Shown: in pieces, positions 9,064-16,872 of the stretch
How the letters are laid out: the number at the start of each line of letters is the position of its first letter
Position numbering within the stretch: position 1 is the stretch's first letter
Assembly (NCBI GenBank): GCA_903861145.1
Contig: CAIOTH010000106.1
Span: 8,442 to 72,441 of the forward strand
DNA length: 64,000 nucleotides
Direction: 5' to 3'
Source: an uncultured Bacteroidota bacterium
GTDB lineage: Bacteria > Bacteroidota > Bacteroidia > Chitinophagales > LD1
The notes under the pieces: model-generated
Told to the model about the DNA's origin: nothing
The model's input: the letters and a program-made list of their open reading frames with translations, nothing else
The model's database searches: none
Position numbers and translations under genes: made by a program

Positions 9064-10478
9064 TAAAATTGAAAATAGATGAAGGTTTGTTGTTTAAATA
9101 CGCCAAAGCTTAAAATCAAAAACAGGGTGAGGCAGCAAAATGCCAAATCGTACCGGGTGCGTGTGTTAAACCAATCTAATACTGGGTCGGTAATGCCTTC
9201 AATAATGGCGACGTACAAACATGCCAGTATGCTTATTACTATCGAAAAGGTTTTAAAAAAGTCGAGTTGAACTAAGGCGTAAAAGTCTTTATCGGGCGCA
9301 AAAATCTTTTTCAGCATTAGCCAGGCGGTATCAAAATCGGGGGCGCGGAAAAATACCCAGGCCAGTGTAACTACCGAAAAGGTAATGAGCCAACCTGAAA
9401 TATTGATGAACCAACTATTGTATTGTTTAAGCCTGCCAGCAAAAGGCAGGTAGAGGAAATAGCAGAAGGCGTGCACGCAGCCCCAAATTAAGAACGTCCA
9501 GTTGGCACCGTGCCAAAAGCCGCTGAGGGCAAAAACGATGAACACGTTTAGATACCGGCGCCATGCGTTAACCCGGTTGCCGCCCAATGATACATACACA
9601 TAATCGCGGAACCAGGTGGTGAGCGAAATGTGCCACCGGCCCCAAAACTGCTGAATATTGGTGGCAAAGTAAGGGCGGTTAAAATTGGTCATCAGCTTAA
9701 AGCCCATGCAGCGGGCAGCACCCAGGGCAATATCGGTGTAGCCCGAAAAGTCGCAGTAAATCTGTATGCTAAAAGCCAGAACGCCCATTAGCACCTGCAG
9801 GTTATGGTAGTTTGTGGGATGCTCGAAAATTGGGTTGGCGTAACCTGAGAGCCTATCGGCGATAACTACTTTTTTAAACAAGCCCCACATCATTAGGCGT
9901 AGGCCGCTAAGCAGGTTGGCATAGTTAAAGGGTAGGTTGCTGTGAAACTGCGGCAATAGGTTTTGAGGCCGCTCAATAGGCCCTGCTACTAGCTGCGGGT
10001 AGAACATAACATACAAGGCATAAATGCCCAAATGCCTCTCGGCCTTTTGGTTGCCGCGGTATACCTCAATAGTATAACTCATGGCCTGAAAGGTGTGGAA
10101 CGACAGGCCCAGGGGCAGTATGATATTGAGATAGGGCAAGGCATGCCATGGTAGATGATGTGCGGCGCAGAATTGCCCCACGTTACCCACAAAAAAGTTA
10201 TAGTATTTAAATACAAACAGCACCCCCAGGTTTAGTGCAATGCTTACCCCGAGGTATAATTTGCGCCGGCCGGCCTCGCTACCCTCTATAAACCGGGCGG
10301 CGGTGTAATCAATAACAATAATGCCGAACAGGATAAGGATATATACCGGCAGCAGGGCCATGTAAAAAATGCAACTGGCAATGAGCAGTAACAGCCACCT
10401 AAAGCGGTAGGGCGTTAGGTAGTAAAGCGTGGTTACAATCAAAAAAAACTGAAGGAAACGTAGCGAGTTAAAGAGCAT
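9063..10478 (-). CDS. MBOAT family O-acyltransferase (AlgI/DltB-like)
   Basis: LPLGLSFHTFQ, FYPQLVAGPIER, QIYCDFSGYTDIA, FWGRWHISL, SGFWHGANWTF. Confidence 0.93.
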   Translation of the reverse strand: MLFNSLRFLQFFLIVTTLYYLTPYRFRWLLLLIASCIFYMALLPVYILILFGIIVIDYTAARFIEGSEAGRRKLYLGVSIALNLGVLFVFKYYNFFVGNVGQFCAAHHLPWHALPYLNIILPLGLSFHTFQAMSYTIEVYRGNQKAERHLGIYALYVMFYPQLVAGPIERPQNLLPQFHSNLPFNYANLLSGLRLMMWGLFKKVVIADRLSGYANPIFEHPTNYHNLQVLMGVLAFSIQIYCDFSGYTDIALGAARCMGFKLMTNFNRPYFATNIQQFWGRWHISLTTWFRDYVYVSLGGNRVNAWRRYLNVFIVFALSGFWHGANWTFLIWGCVHAFCYFLYLPFAGRLKQYNSWFINISGWLITFSVVTLAWVFFRAPDFDTAWLMLKKIFAPDKDFYALVQLDFFKTFSIVISILACLYVAIIEGITDPVLDWFNTRTRYDLAFCCLTLFLILSFGVFKQQTFIYFQF

Positions 10479-10602
10479 GCTTAGGCTTTTGTAGCATCTA
10501 TTAATACCTGATTGGCTACTTTACAAATATATGATTAGGGGGGAGATTGTGGTAAGGGGTCGGCAAATAGGGCAAATGGCCGGCACCTTTCGGTCTTGTA
10601 AT

Positions 10603-10630
10603 ACAGAGACGCAAAATATTGCGTCTCTAC
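10603..10630. repeat. GTAG-type REP-like palindrome
   Basis: AGAGACGCAA-AATA-TTGCGTCTCT followed by AC, so the minus strand starts GTAGAGACGC. Confidence 0.65.
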
Positions 10631-10774
10631 AACAGCGTTTTTTTCCTTTTGGCTATGCATGAAGCCTTTTCTTAACGGCAATAGCTGAGAGGCCGGGTTA
10701 AAATACAGGCTTGAGCAAAATTAAGCCAAGGCAGAAGGGGGCATTATGTTTAAGAAAAGCTTTATTTTTAATAC

Positions 10775-12424
10775 ATGAGAGTATTTGGCTTTGTTGTTTT
10801 TGTCTTCCTTTTCACAATGGGGCATTCTCAGGCCCCGCAAATTGAAAGATGGGATAAACGATTCGGTGGCTCGTTAGCTGACGGAGTGATTAATATAATT
10901 CAAATTAAGCAAGGAGGTTATATCTTATTTGGTGAAGCTACATCTGATATTAGCGGAAATAAGACCGAACCAAATTGGGATACTACATTGAGCACTGCGG
11001 ATTATTGGATAGTAAAAATTGATGCTCATGGAAATCAGGAATGGGATAAAAGATTTGGAGGAACCTCGGTTGAGTTGTCTGGAATGGCGCGGCAAACCAA
11101 AGATGGTGGCTATATTTTAGGCGGCATTTCGGGATCCGGAATTGGTGGAGATAAAACACAGGAGGGATGGGGCAGTTATGATTACTGGATTGTGAAAATA
11201 GATTCAGCAGGAAATAAGCAATGGGACAAGGATTACGGTGGACCAGGTGAAGATGATTTGTATGATTTGCAACAGACCCGCGACGGCGGTTATATTTTGG
11301 GTGGGTTTTCGTGGTCTGGAGCAGGAGGAAGCAAAACGCAAAGTAACTGGGACCACAGTGAGCAAACGGTGGATTTCTGGATTGTGAAAATAGATTCGGT
11401 TGGGAATAAGAAATGGGATAAACGTTACGGAGGTAACGCTGATGATTATTTTGCAAGAATTATTCAGACCATGGATGGTGGCTATTTATTAGGTGGAAGT
11501 ACAGAATCAGATAGCGGTGACAATGTTTCGATGCCAGCAAGAGGCAAAGAAGATGCATGGTTTATAAAAATAGACTCCATTGGAAATAAGCAATGGGATT
11601 TAAGGTTGGGCGGAACTGCTAACACTTATAGTGGTGGATACCCTACCATACAAACATCGGATAGTGGCTATATTTTGGCCTGCGGGTCAACATCAAATAT
11701 TGGTGGCGATAAAACCGAAAACACATATGGCGATGCTGATTATTGGATAGTGAAAATTGATGCAAACGGGCATAAACTTTGGGACAAGGATTTTGGAGGA
11801 GCACAAGGTGATGCCTTAACGTATTTAACCAAAACTTTAGACGGAGGATATTTGATGTCGGGCGAGTCTCATTCACCTGCGGGTGCAGATAAAACCGAAA
11901 ATAACTTGGGAAGTCAACAAATATGGATGCTAAAAACGGATTCGCTTTGGCGCAAAGAGTGGGACAAAACCATTTTTACAACTGGCGGAAATGACGTGGG
12001 CTATGCTATACAATCCGACGATAATTGCTACGTCGCAATGGTATCAACATGGGCGGGTACTGGAGGTTATAAAACTCAGCCCAATTGGGATAGTACTAAT
12101 TTAAGTGGTGATTTTTGGGTAGCAAAATTTTGTTTTAATGGCTACCCTGAAGAGATTAATGAAGTTAATAACAATATACGGATTAGCGTTTATCCAAATC
12201 CCTTCTGCAATGAGGTAGATATAAGCATAGCGAAGCAAGATTTGCACGCTGCATCTTTTAGTATTTACAACGTACAGGGCCAAGCCATTTACAAAAGAGA
12301 GGAGGATAACTTAAGCCCGAACTACACCAAAATGCTTGATTTAAGCTACCTGCCTAACGGGATTTATTTTGTTGAGGTGGTGGTTGATGGGGAGCGGGTG
12401 GTGAGGGAAGTGGTGAAGGAGTGA
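10775..12424 (+). CDS. T9SS type A substrate with about eight WDKxFGG repeats (probable beta-propeller)
   Basis: Signal peptide, repeated DYWIVKID..GNKQWDKxxGG units, C-terminal VYPNP...LPNGIYFV. Confidence 0.85.
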   Translation: MRVFGFVVFVFLFTMGHSQAPQIERWDKRFGGSLADGVINIIQIKQGGYILFGEATSDISGNKTEPNWDTTLSTADYWIVKIDAHGNQEWDKRFGGTSVELSGMARQTKDGGYILGGISGSGIGGDKTQEGWGSYDYWIVKIDSAGNKQWDKDYGGPGEDDLYDLQQTRDGGYILGGFSWSGAGGSKTQSNWDHSEQTVDFWIVKIDSVGNKKWDKRYGGNADDYFARIIQTMDGGYLLGGSTESDSGDNVSMPARGKEDAWFIKIDSIGNKQWDLRLGGTANTYSGGYPTIQTSDSGYILACGSTSNIGGDKTENTYGDADYWIVKIDANGHKLWDKDFGGAQGDALTYLTKTLDGGYLMSGESHSPAGADKTENNLGSQQIWMLKTDSLWRKEWDKTIFTTGGNDVGYAIQSDDNCYVAMVSTWAGTGGYKTQPNWDSTNLSGDFWVAKFCFNGYPEEINEVNNNIRISVYPNPFCNEVDISIAKQDLHAASFSIYNVQGQAIYKREEDNLSPNYTKMLDLSYLPNGIYFVEVVVDGERVVREVVKE

Positions 12425-12426
12425 GG

Positions 12427-12699
12427 AATGCAAACAGCCGAGCCCCTTACGTCCCCTTCCCGCACAAAGCTGCGGGATGAAACAAAAGGGGATACCAAGG
12501 CGGAAAGGCAAGTGCAAAGGGCTGACCACTTGGACCTGGGCCGACGCTCTCTAAGAAAAATAGAAAGGGGAATTCAAAAGGCAAACAGCCGGACCCCTTC
12601 CGTCCCCTAAAGGGGATACCAGAGCCGAAAGGCAAATGCAAGCAGCCGACTCACCCCGGTCTTCGACCACCCCTCTCTATGAAAAATAGAGAGGGGAAC
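12427..12699. repeat. A-B-A-B mosaic of REP-like hairpins (BIME-like)
   Basis: GTCCCCT..AAAGGGGATACC at 12451 and 12602 alternates with CTCTCTA.GAAAAATAGA.AGGGG near 12547 and 12671. Confidence 0.8.
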
Positions 12700-12748
12700 A
12701 GCCAAATGCAAATGGCAGGTTCGGATTTATGGAATTGCTGAATTTAAT

Positions 12749-12780
12749 TTTGCAATCCACAGAAATTTACTCCATATTTG
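12749..12780 (+). promoter_or_regulatory. Bacteroidota primary-sigma promoter of rpsP
   Basis: TTTG at 12749-12752, 20-nt spacer, CATATTTG at 12773-12780 (near TAnnTTTG). Confidence 0.7.
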
Positions 12781-12839
12781 CGCTCCCTTTTGAAAAAAGA
12801 GGGATATTTTTTAACCCAAACCTTAAATTCATTTAAGAC

Positions 12840-13403
12840 ATGGCAGTAAAGTTAAGACTTCAGAGACATGGTAGAGGCAAACGTCCTTTTTACCACATTG
12901 TAGCAGCAGACAGCCGCGCACCACGCGACGGTAATTACATCGAAAGATTAGGCGATTACAACCCGCTAACCAAACCCGCTTCTATCCATTTGGATGTAGA
13001 TAAGGCAGTTAACTGGTTAATGAAGGGTGCCGAAGTTACCGATACGGTTAAGGCAATTTTTAAATACAAAGGTATTTTGTATAAAAAACACCTTATGCGT
13101 GGCGTGGCTAAAGGCTCATTTAGCGCAGAAGAAGCTGAAAAGCGTTACCAGGCTTTTGTTGAAGACCACAAGAACAAGGTACTTGACCACGAGAAGAAAC
13201 ATCACAAAGATAAAGGTGAGTTAAAAGCAAGATTGCTTGAGCAAGAGCAGAAAAAAGCTGCAGACCGCGAAACTAAACGTGCTGCTGCACTTGCAGCTGC
13301 TGAAGAAGCTAAGAAACCTGTTGTTGAAGAAACAGCAGTTGTTACTGAAACTCCGGCCAGCGAAGCACCTGCTGCTGAAGCAACAGAAACACCGGCAGAG
13401 TAG
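12840..13403 (+). CDS. rpsP: 30S ribosomal protein S16 with C-terminal extension
   Basis: MAVKLRLQRHGRGKRPFYHIVAADSRAPRDG. Confidence 0.97.
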   Translation: MAVKLRLQRHGRGKRPFYHIVAADSRAPRDGNYIERLGDYNPLTKPASIHLDVDKAVNWLMKGAEVTDTVKAIFKYKGILYKKHLMRGVAKGSFSAEEAEKRYQAFVEDHKNKVLDHEKKHHKDKGELKARLLEQEQKKAADRETKRAAALAAAEEAKKPVVEETAVVTETPASEAPAAEATETPAE

Positions 13404-13431
13404 TCTTTTGACCTTATCTGTTGAAACCGAT

Positions 13432-13959
13432 ATGGCAAGCGAAAAATACATATCAGTTGGAAAACTTGGAAAGCCTCACGGATTAAGTGGGGCTTTTCGC
13501 TTTTTTTTAGACCGCGAATTGAAGAACAAAAACAAATTTCCAGGCCATTTTTTGATGAACCTGAAGGGTAATTTTACCCCGTGGTTTATTAGTTCAATTG
13601 AGTGGATCGGCTTTAACGAAGGCTTTATTTTGTTTGAGGAAGTGGCCAGCCCGGAGAAGGGAAAGCTATACATCGGCACCGAAATTTGCCTGGGCGAAAA
13701 GGATATAAGTGCTTATTTCAAAAAGGATGCACAAAGCCTTGGTTATCTGAATGGTTATATGGTGATAGATGAAGTAGAAGGTGAACTTGGAATTATACAG
13801 GAAGTGGTGGAAAATCCGGGGCAGGTTTTGCTATCGATTAGCAAAGACGGCCAGGAAATAATGATACCTTTTGTGGAGGATTTTGTAGTTAGCCTTAATA
13901 AGAGAAAGAAGGAATTGGTTGTAAGTTTACCCGAGGGATTGGTGAGTAGCCAGATGTAA
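13432..13959 (+). CDS. rimM: Ribosome maturation factor RimM
   Basis: VGKLGKPHGLSG...MIPFVEDFV...LPEGL, between rpsP and trmD, ATG at 13432. Confidence 0.9.
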   Translation: MASEKYISVGKLGKPHGLSGAFRFFLDRELKNKNKFPGHFLMNLKGNFTPWFISSIEWIGFNEGFILFEEVASPEKGKLYIGTEICLGEKDISAYFKKDAQSLGYLNGYMVIDEVEGELGIIQEVVENPGQVLLSISKDGQEIMIPFVEDFVVSLNKRKKELVVSLPEGLVSSQM

Positions 13960-13971
13960 TACATGAATGCA

Positions 13972-14085
13972 TTTTACCGCAAAGGGCGCTAAGACCGCAA
14001 AGGTGAAATACAAAAGGTAAAACCGGGTAAATAAGGAGTTTAAAACTTAGTGTTTCTTAGTGAACTTAGTGCCTTAGTGGTTAAT
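13972..14085. repeat. Empty pair of inverted arms made of ~9-nt units, same family as the GxxExxY flanks
   Basis: ACCGCAAAG GGCGCTAAG ACCGCAAAG (13976-14002) faces four CTTAGTG-containing units (14046-14081). Confidence 0.75.
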
Positions 14086-14095
14086 TTTTAGAGTT

Positions 14096-14779
14096 ATGCA
14101 TATTGACATAATAAGTGTAGTGCCCGATTTGCTGGTAAGCCCCTTTAGTCATTCGATGATGAAAAGGGCTAAGGATAGGGGCTTGCTTAATGTGAATGTT
14201 GTTAACATGCGCGACTTTTCAACCCAAAAGCAGAAGCAGGTTGATGACTACCAGTATGGCGGAGGGGCGGGTATTGTTATGATGTGCGAGCCCATTGCCA
14301 ACTGCATTGAGCACCTAAAGAAAGAAAGAACCTACGACGATATTATATATATGACCCCTGATGGCGAGCGTTTGAACCAAAAAACGATGAACTCGCTTTC
14401 GCTAAAAAAGAACCTGATTATCCTTTGCGGCCACTATAAGGGAATTGATGAACGGATTAGGGAACTGTATATTACTAAGGAGATTTCGATAGGCGATTAT
14501 GTATTGAGTGGGGGAGAACTGGCGGCGGCTGTGTTAGTAGATGGCATAGGCCGGTTGTTGCCCGGCGTGTTAAATGACGAGACCTCGGCCCTGTTTGATT
14601 CTTTCCAGGATAACCTGCTATCGCACCCCGTTTATACCCGGCCCGAGGTTTTTATGGGTTTAAAGGTGCCTGATGTTTTACTATCGGGCCACGAAAAAAA
14701 CGTAAGAGACTGGAGGCACGAAAAAGCCGTTGAGCGCACCAAAGCCCGCCGGCCCGATTTGTTAGGAGAGGAGGAGTAG
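14096..14779 (+). CDS. trmD: tRNA (guanine37-N1)-methyltransferase
   Basis: VDDYQYGGGAG, LCGHYKGIDER, SIGDYVLSGGE. Confidence 0.97.
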   Translation: MHIDIISVVPDLLVSPFSHSMMKRAKDRGLLNVNVVNMRDFSTQKQKQVDDYQYGGGAGIVMMCEPIANCIEHLKKERTYDDIIYMTPDGERLNQKTMNSLSLKKNLIILCGHYKGIDERIRELYITKEISIGDYVLSGGELAAAVLVDGIGRLLPGVLNDETSALFDSFQDNLLSHPVYTRPEVFMGLKVPDVLLSGHEKNVRDWRHEKAVERTKARRPDLLGEEE

Positions 14780-14821
14780 AAGAAAACCGCGTATATTGTT
14801 TTCAGTTTCGGTTTTTTATTA

Positions 14822-14829
14822 TAATTTTG
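14822..14829 (+). promoter_or_regulatory. -7 element of an internal rplS promoter
   Basis: TAATTTTG matches TAnnTTTG, 35 nt before the ATG. Confidence 0.55.
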
Positions 14830-14863
14830 CGCACCTTGTTGAAGAATTTAAAGCTAAAATAAC

Positions 14864-15238
14864 ATGAACCCAAAAGTAAGAGCAGTTGAAACTGCACTAT
14901 TTGCAGCCAGCAAACACCCATCATTCGGCCCCGGCGATAACGTAACAGTATCGTATAAAATTACCGAAGGCAATAAAGAGCGTATCCAGGAATTTAGAGG
15001 AGACGTTATACAGGTAAGAGGCGATGGCTCTTCCAAAATGTTTACTGTTCGTAAAATATCGAACGGCATTGGTGTAGAAAGAGTATTTCCTCTTTACTCT
15101 CCTTATGTTGATGGTATTGCAGTTAATAAAGTAGGCCGCGTTCGTCGTGCTAAATTGTTCTATCAGCGTAAAAGAAGCGGAAAGGCTTCGCGTATTGCTG
15201 AAAAGAGACAAGCTGAAGAAGTTACAGCAGCAGAATAA
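14864..15238 (+). CDS. rplS: 50S ribosomal protein L19
   Basis: KERIQEFRG, FTVRKISNGIGVERVFP, GRVRRAKLFY. Confidence 0.97.
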   Translation: MNPKVRAVETALFAASKHPSFGPGDNVTVSYKITEGNKERIQEFRGDVIQVRGDGSSKMFTVRKISNGIGVERVFPLYSPYVDGIAVNKVGRVRRAKLFYQRKRSGKASRIAEKRQAEEVTAAE

Positions 15239-15258
15239 GTTAATCTGCTTATCATATT

Positions 15259-15292
15259 CAAAACCCTGCCCAACGGCGGGGTTTTGTTTTTT
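15259..15292 (+). terminator. Intrinsic terminator of rplS
   Basis: CAAAACCCTGCC-CAAC-GGCGGGGTTTTG followed by T6. Confidence 0.85.
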
Positions 15293-15306
15293 GTGCCCGA
15301 GCAAGT

Positions 15307-15415
15307 GGGGGGCTTCAATTATTTATCCAAAGGGGTGGGTCTCACTTTGACCCTATTTTAGGCTTAAAGTATTGATAGTTAACTATTTAGTTATGTTAAA
15401 GTGATACCCCCCTTG
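15307..15415. repeat. G-box/IHF-consensus module, copy 1
   Basis: GGTGGGTCTCACTTTGAC is inverted to GTTAAAGTGATACCCCCC. IHF-consensus TATCAATACTTTA on the minus strand at 15365-15377. Confidence 0.7.
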
Positions 15416-15436
15416 CGTTAAATCGCCAACAGCCAA

Positions 15437-15517
15437 CTCACCCATCTGCCTGTCGGCATCTTCCCTCTCTATCAAAAAACCAAGCTGCGCAAGGTAATTT
15501 GATAGAGAGGGAAGAAC
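15437..15517. repeat. Type B long-hairpin repeat (~80 bp)
   Basis: Perfect 18-bp inverted repeat TCTTCCCTCTCTATCAAA / TTTGATAGAGAGGGAAGA preceded by CTCAC..TGCCTGTCGGCA. Confidence 0.8.
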
Positions 15518-15559
15518 CAGTTTGCTGGTTGCGGCCGGTAACGTTTTGTAAGCGGCTTC

Positions 15560-16084
15560 TTAAAAGTGTATGTTCTTTCTATATCGCACCATAGCCCTGA
15601 AGGCAAAGGCCAGCACCGCAATTAGTAGTAGTTCCCAAATACAGGCCCAAGGGTTGTTTCGGTTATCGGGCAGCATATCCATGTAGTTAAATGGTGGTAT
15701 TTGAACGAGGATGTAGTTGAGTGAAAAGTGAATCCAGGGCATTTGGTAAAATGGTATGTCGAAATGGAAGACGTGTTGGATGCCTAATACCAGCCAGTCA
15801 AATTCAGGTATTAGCGAGAAGATGATACCCCACTTGTAATCGCGCCAAAAGATATAAAGCAATACAATTGAACCCAGCCACATGGCAAGGTGGTAAATCA
15901 ACCAAAACGGGTCGTTAAACTGTGGCTCGGGTTGACGGTAAACCGATAAGGCCAGTTGATCGAAAAAGGCATGCGCAAACATGCAGCATATAAAGGTTAG
16001 CAACAGGCCAACCAGCTTGTAATTTCTCCACTTAAATAAGCGGTTGATAATAACGCCCGCAAGTATGTGCGTAGGTGCCTGCAT
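15560..16084 (-). CDS. Integral membrane protein, possibly YdjM-like metal-dependent hydrolase
   Basis: Several TM helices with THILAG, HAFFD, PEFD and WIH candidate metal ligands. Confidence 0.6.
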   Translation of the reverse strand: MQAPTHILAGVIINRLFKWRNYKLVGLLLTFICCMFAHAFFDQLALSVYRQPEPQFNDPFWLIYHLAMWLGSIVLLYIFWRDYKWGIIFSLIPEFDWLVLGIQHVFHFDIPFYQMPWIHFSLNYILVQIPPFNYMDMLPDNRNNPWACIWELLLIAVLAFAFRAMVRYRKNIHF

Positions 16085-16212
16085 AACGGCTGCGAATATA
16101 TAAGAAGTATATGCACCGTTTTGCTTTGGGGATTTTGTGTTTATAAATTTCGGTTAGGACCTATAAAAGCTATCCGGAGGATGTGGAGTAGTTATCCCTC
16201 GCTGATTTTTGC

Positions 16213-16291
16213 CTCACTCCTCTGCCTATCGGCATCTCCTCTCTCCATCAGAAACAAAGCTTTGCATTGTAACTGATAGAGAAAGGAGAAC
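16213..16291. repeat. Type B long-hairpin repeat, direct copy of 15437-15517
   Basis: CTCACTCCTCTGCCTATCGGCATCTCCTCTCTCCATCAG...CTGATAGAGAAAGGAGAAC. Confidence 0.8.
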
Positions 16292-16353
16292 GTTATTGCT
16301 AAATTTGAATAGAGGTTAGAGGTAAAGTTCTATCACAATAATCTTCCAAGGCC

Positions 16354-16770
16354 TTATAAAAGGTCTTTGGCATTAAACCGGCGTCCTTCCTTTTTTTGAG
16401 AGTGTTGTTTCTTTTTTTGAAGGATGTTTTCCTTTACTGCTTTGGGCACTTTGGTGGGTATGCGGCGCTTTTCTTTTTTGAGGGCTTTTTCGAGGAGCGT
16501 ATAAAACTTGTCAATCACCTTCTCTTTATTGGTAGCCTGAGAGCGGCTTTCGCTGCTGTTAATCCGCAGCTCGCCCTTATCATTTATAAAGCCCTCCAGC
16601 TTTTTTATGGCCCTTGCCTTTTCGGTTTCGGTGAGCAAATCGGTACCCTGTATATCAAATATCAATTCAACTTTGGTTTCGGTGGTATTAACGTGCTGTC
16701 CACCGGCACCACTGCTTTTGCTGGTTTTAAATTTAAATGCCGGTTCAAAATTTCTATCCCGTAATTTCAT
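16354..16770 (-). CDS. arfB: Alternative ribosome rescue peptidyl-tRNA hydrolase ArfB
   Basis: SSGAGGQHVN GGQ motif, RSQATNK, basic tail RRIPTKVP. ATG at 16770 preferred. Confidence 0.92.
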   Translation of the reverse strand: MKLRDRNFEPAFKFKTSKSSGAGGQHVNTTETKVELIFDIQGTDLLTETEKARAIKKLEGFINDKGELRINSSESRSQATNKEKVIDKFYTLLEKALKKEKRRIPTKVPKAVKENILQKKKQHSQKKEGRRFNAKDLL

Positions 16771-16872
16771 ACTGCAAAAATGAACAACTATTTCCATAAC
16801 TTAAATGAGGTTAATAAATTGATAGGCTCGTAAAATATCCATTCATTCGTTTTTTAATAGTTGCCTCCAAGT

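Noticed and set aside
12341-12641. Short ORFs over the repeat clusters (also 6911-7126)
   Set aside because: They are translations of palindromic repeats with no protein-like features.
13237-13431. Long N-terminal extension of RimM overlapping rpsP
   Set aside because: Artefact of an upstream alternative start. RimM similarity begins at ATG 13432.
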